This document shows, one piece after another, positions 62,041 to 64,000 of a stretch of DNA of 64,000 nt. This DNA is from an uncultured Chloroflexia bacterium (GTDB lineage Bacteria > Chloroflexota > Limnocylindria > Limnocylindrales > CSP1-4). The notes beneath the pieces were generated by a model. It was given only the letters and a program-made list of their open reading frames with translations, did no database searches and was not told the DNA's origin. Made by a program: the position numbers and the translations under genes. Each line of letters starts with the position of its first letter. The stretch's first letter is position 1. The DNA is taken from NCBI GenBank assembly GCA_963726055.1, contig CAVSAP010000006.1, positions 787,051-851,050 of the forward strand, given 5' to 3'.

Positions 62041-62843
62041 TCGAATCGCAGCGAGCCGTCACGTCGCTGTCGAACCCGCGGGTAAAGGCCGCCGTCCGCC
62101 TCCGGGATCGTGGCGAGCGCGACACGACGGGCCTGACGATCGTCGACGGCCCACGGGAGCTGCTCCGCGCGCTCGTCCACGGCGTCGCCATCAGCGAGGC
62201 GTTCATCTGCGACGAGCTGATCAGGACCACCGAGGCGGAGGATTCGGTCCGGCGGCTCCGGGTTGCCGGGGCGAGCACGATCCGCGTGTCGCCGGAGGTC
62301 ATGGCGAAGGTTGCCTTCGGCGATCGCTCGGATGGTGTCGTCGCGATCATTCGCACACCCGACACACGCCTTGACCGCCTGACGCCGCCGAGCGATGCAC
62401 TGGTCGTCGTCGTCGAGTCGGTCGAGAAGCCTGGCAACCTCGGGGCCATCTTGCGGACGGCCGACGGCGCCGGCGCCGACGCGCTCATCGCGGCCAACCC
62501 GCTGACGGACCCGTTCAATCCGAACGCAATCCGGGCCAGCCTCGGGACGATCTTCAGCATGCCGATCGCCGCTGCCACGACCGCGGCCACCCTTGACTGG
62601 CTTGAGGCCAACCGAATCCGCCCGATCGCGGCGCGCGTAGACGCGCAGATCCTCTACACAGCTGCTGATTTCCGAGGGCCGACTGCCGTCGTCCTCGGGA
62701 GCGAGGCGGAGGGCCTCTCAGGTGCCTGGGCCGACGCCCGCGTCACGCCCGTCCGGATCCCGATGCTGGGGACCATAGACAGCCTGAATGTCTCGGTCGC
62801 CGCCGCGATCATGCTCTACGAGGCCGTCCGGCAGCGCACCTAA
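62037..62843 (+). CDS. TrmH/SpoU-family RNA 2'-O-methyltransferase
   Basis: SPOUT motifs 'VVVESVEKPGNLGAILRTA' and 'LNVSVAAAIMLYE'. Confidence 0.7.
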   Translation: MIESQRAVTSLSNPRVKAAVRLRDRGERDTTGLTIVDGPRELLRALVHGVAISEAFICDELIRTTEAEDSVRRLRVAGASTIRVSPEVMAKVAFGDRSDGVVAIIRTPDTRLDRLTPPSDALVVVVESVEKPGNLGAILRTADGAGADALIAANPLTDPFNPNAIRASLGTIFSMPIAAATTAATLDWLEANRIRPIAARVDAQILYTAADFRGPTAVVLGSEAEGLSGAWADARVTPVRIPMLGTIDSLNVSVAAAIMLYEAVRQRT

Positions 62844-62874
62844 CTGCCGGCACGAGGAGGCGCAGAATCCCGCC

Positions 62875-64000
62875 ATGGACATCTTCGACTTCGTCATCAT
62901 CGGTGCCGGCCCCGCCGGCGAGGCGGCGGCATACAAGGCGCGCGAGCGCGGCGCGACGGTCGCGATCGTCGACCGCGAATGGTTCGGCGGCAGCTGCCCC
63001 CATATCGGTTGCCTTCCGTCCAAGGCGCTCCTCTACGCGGCGGCCCGGCACGCCGCCAACCCGGCCGCGTACCCGTGGCCGAAGGCCTCGTTGCACCGCG
63101 ACTTCATGATCAACCGGCCGACCGAGGCGGCCGAACCGGACGACAGTGGGCACAAGCAGCGGCTCGAGGACGCCGGCGCGGTCGCCTACCGCGGCACCGC
63201 ACGGATCGTCGGACGCGGGCACGTCGAGATCCGTCACGACGACGCGGTCCATCTGCTCGATGCGCGGAACATCGTCGTTGCCGTCGGCTCCGTCTCGAAG
63301 ACGCCGTCGCTTCCGGGGCTCGAGGGGATCACGCCCTGGACGAATCGCGAGGCGACGCTTGCCCGTGAGCTGCCGAAGAGTCTCATCGTCCTCGGTGGCG
63401 GCCCGACCGGCTGCGAGATGGCCCAGGTCTACGCCCGATTCGGTGTACCGACGACGATCGTCCAGTCGGGCAACCGCCTCATGCCGACCGATCATCCTCG
63501 CAACGCGGAGGCGGTCTCCGCCGGGCTGGAGACGTCCGGCGTCGAGATCCGCCTGGGTGTCCGAGCCGTCGCCGTCCGAGCAAACGCCGGACACGACGGT
63601 GCCCACGTGATCGACCTCGACGACACCTCGACGGCGGAGGGCCACGAGATCCTGCTGGCTGTCGGTCGGACAATCCCGCTCGACGACCTCGGCCTCGAGC
63701 ACTACGGCCTCGACACGAGCGGACGAACGGCCATTCCGCGTGACGGTCGACTCCGGATCGCCGAGGGCCTCTGGGTGGCCGGCGATGCGGCGGGACCGGA
63801 GCTCCACACGCACCAGGGCCACTACCAGGGCGAGATCGCCGTCCGGATGGCGCTCGGCGACGATGTCCGGCCCGACTACCGCGCCCTGCCGCGGGCGACG
63901 TACACGGACCCGGAGGCGGCGTTCGTCGGGATGACGCTCGAGCAGGCGCGCGCGGCCGGCCTCGACGCGTTCGAGAAGGTCGCCGAGTACGCCACCTCGT
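62875..64000 (+). CDS. FAD-dependent pyridine-nucleotide-disulfide oxidoreductase (partial; runs off the window)
   Basis: 'DFVIIGAGPAGEAAAYKA' is the FAD GxGxxG. The redox-active 'GGSCPHIGCLPSK' is present. A second Rossmann 'VLGGGPTGCEMA' is also present. Confidence 0.65.
   Translation, partial: MDIFDFVIIGAGPAGEAAAYKARERGATVAIVDREWFGGSCPHIGCLPSKALLYAAARHAANPAAYPWPKASLHRDFMINRPTEAAEPDDSGHKQRLEDAGAVAYRGTARIVGRGHVEIRHDDAVHLLDARNIVVAVGSVSKTPSLPGLEGITPWTNREATLARELPKSLIVLGGGPTGCEMAQVYARFGVPTTIVQSGNRLMPTDHPRNAEAVSAGLETSGVEIRLGVRAVAVRANAGHDGAHVIDLDDTSTAEGHEILLAVGRTIPLDDLGLEHYGLDTSGRTAIPRDGRLRIAEGLWVAGDAAGPELHTHQGHYQGEIAVRMALGDDVRPDYRALPRATYTDPEAAFVGMTLEQARAAGLDAFEKVAEYATS

Noticed and set aside
1-64000. 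CRISPR arrays, rRNA, transposases, integrases and restriction-modification or other known defence systems.
   Set aside because: No regularly spaced repeat array was found. No DDE/serine/tyrosine recombinase motifs were seen. No methyltransferase/endonuclease pair was seen. The only mobile-looking signature is the unexplained 470-bp direct repeat.

Overview
This 64-kb window comes from a roughly 70% GC bacterial chromosome. Most of the content is conserved housekeeping genes: a his operon, recA-recX, ruvC-ruvA-ruvB with tgt, the infC-rpmI-rplT-pheS-pheT cluster, T-box-controlled thrS, tyrS, rny with a ymdB-like gene, miaA-miaB, hflX, a class A penicillin-binding protein, mutS2 and an EF-G paralog. 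The first ~8.2 kb is an accessory patch. It holds three toxin-antitoxin pairs, an LRR protein fused by an ATGA overlap to a broken DUF1697 gene, an epoxide hydrolase with an AraC regulator, and a ~470-bp direct repeat that duplicates a whole S4-domain (Hsp15-like) gene on either side of a 3.1-kb cargo. Other notable points: a ~220-nt intergenic element present twice as the 5' leader of two adjacent metabolic genes; an Rrf2/PaaK-like ligase cassette splitting ruvA from ruvB; a YerC(TrpR-like)-hisG start-stop overlap with an in-frame hisD-hisC fusion and a divergently encoded hisA; infC with an ATA start and a ~110-aa low-complexity tail; and ThrRS lacking the TGS domain. Many genes, including essential ones, carry +1/-1 frameshifts at short homopolymers, so indel sequencing errors are likely and coordinates of affected genes are approximate. 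No CRISPR array, rRNA, transposase or integrase was found.
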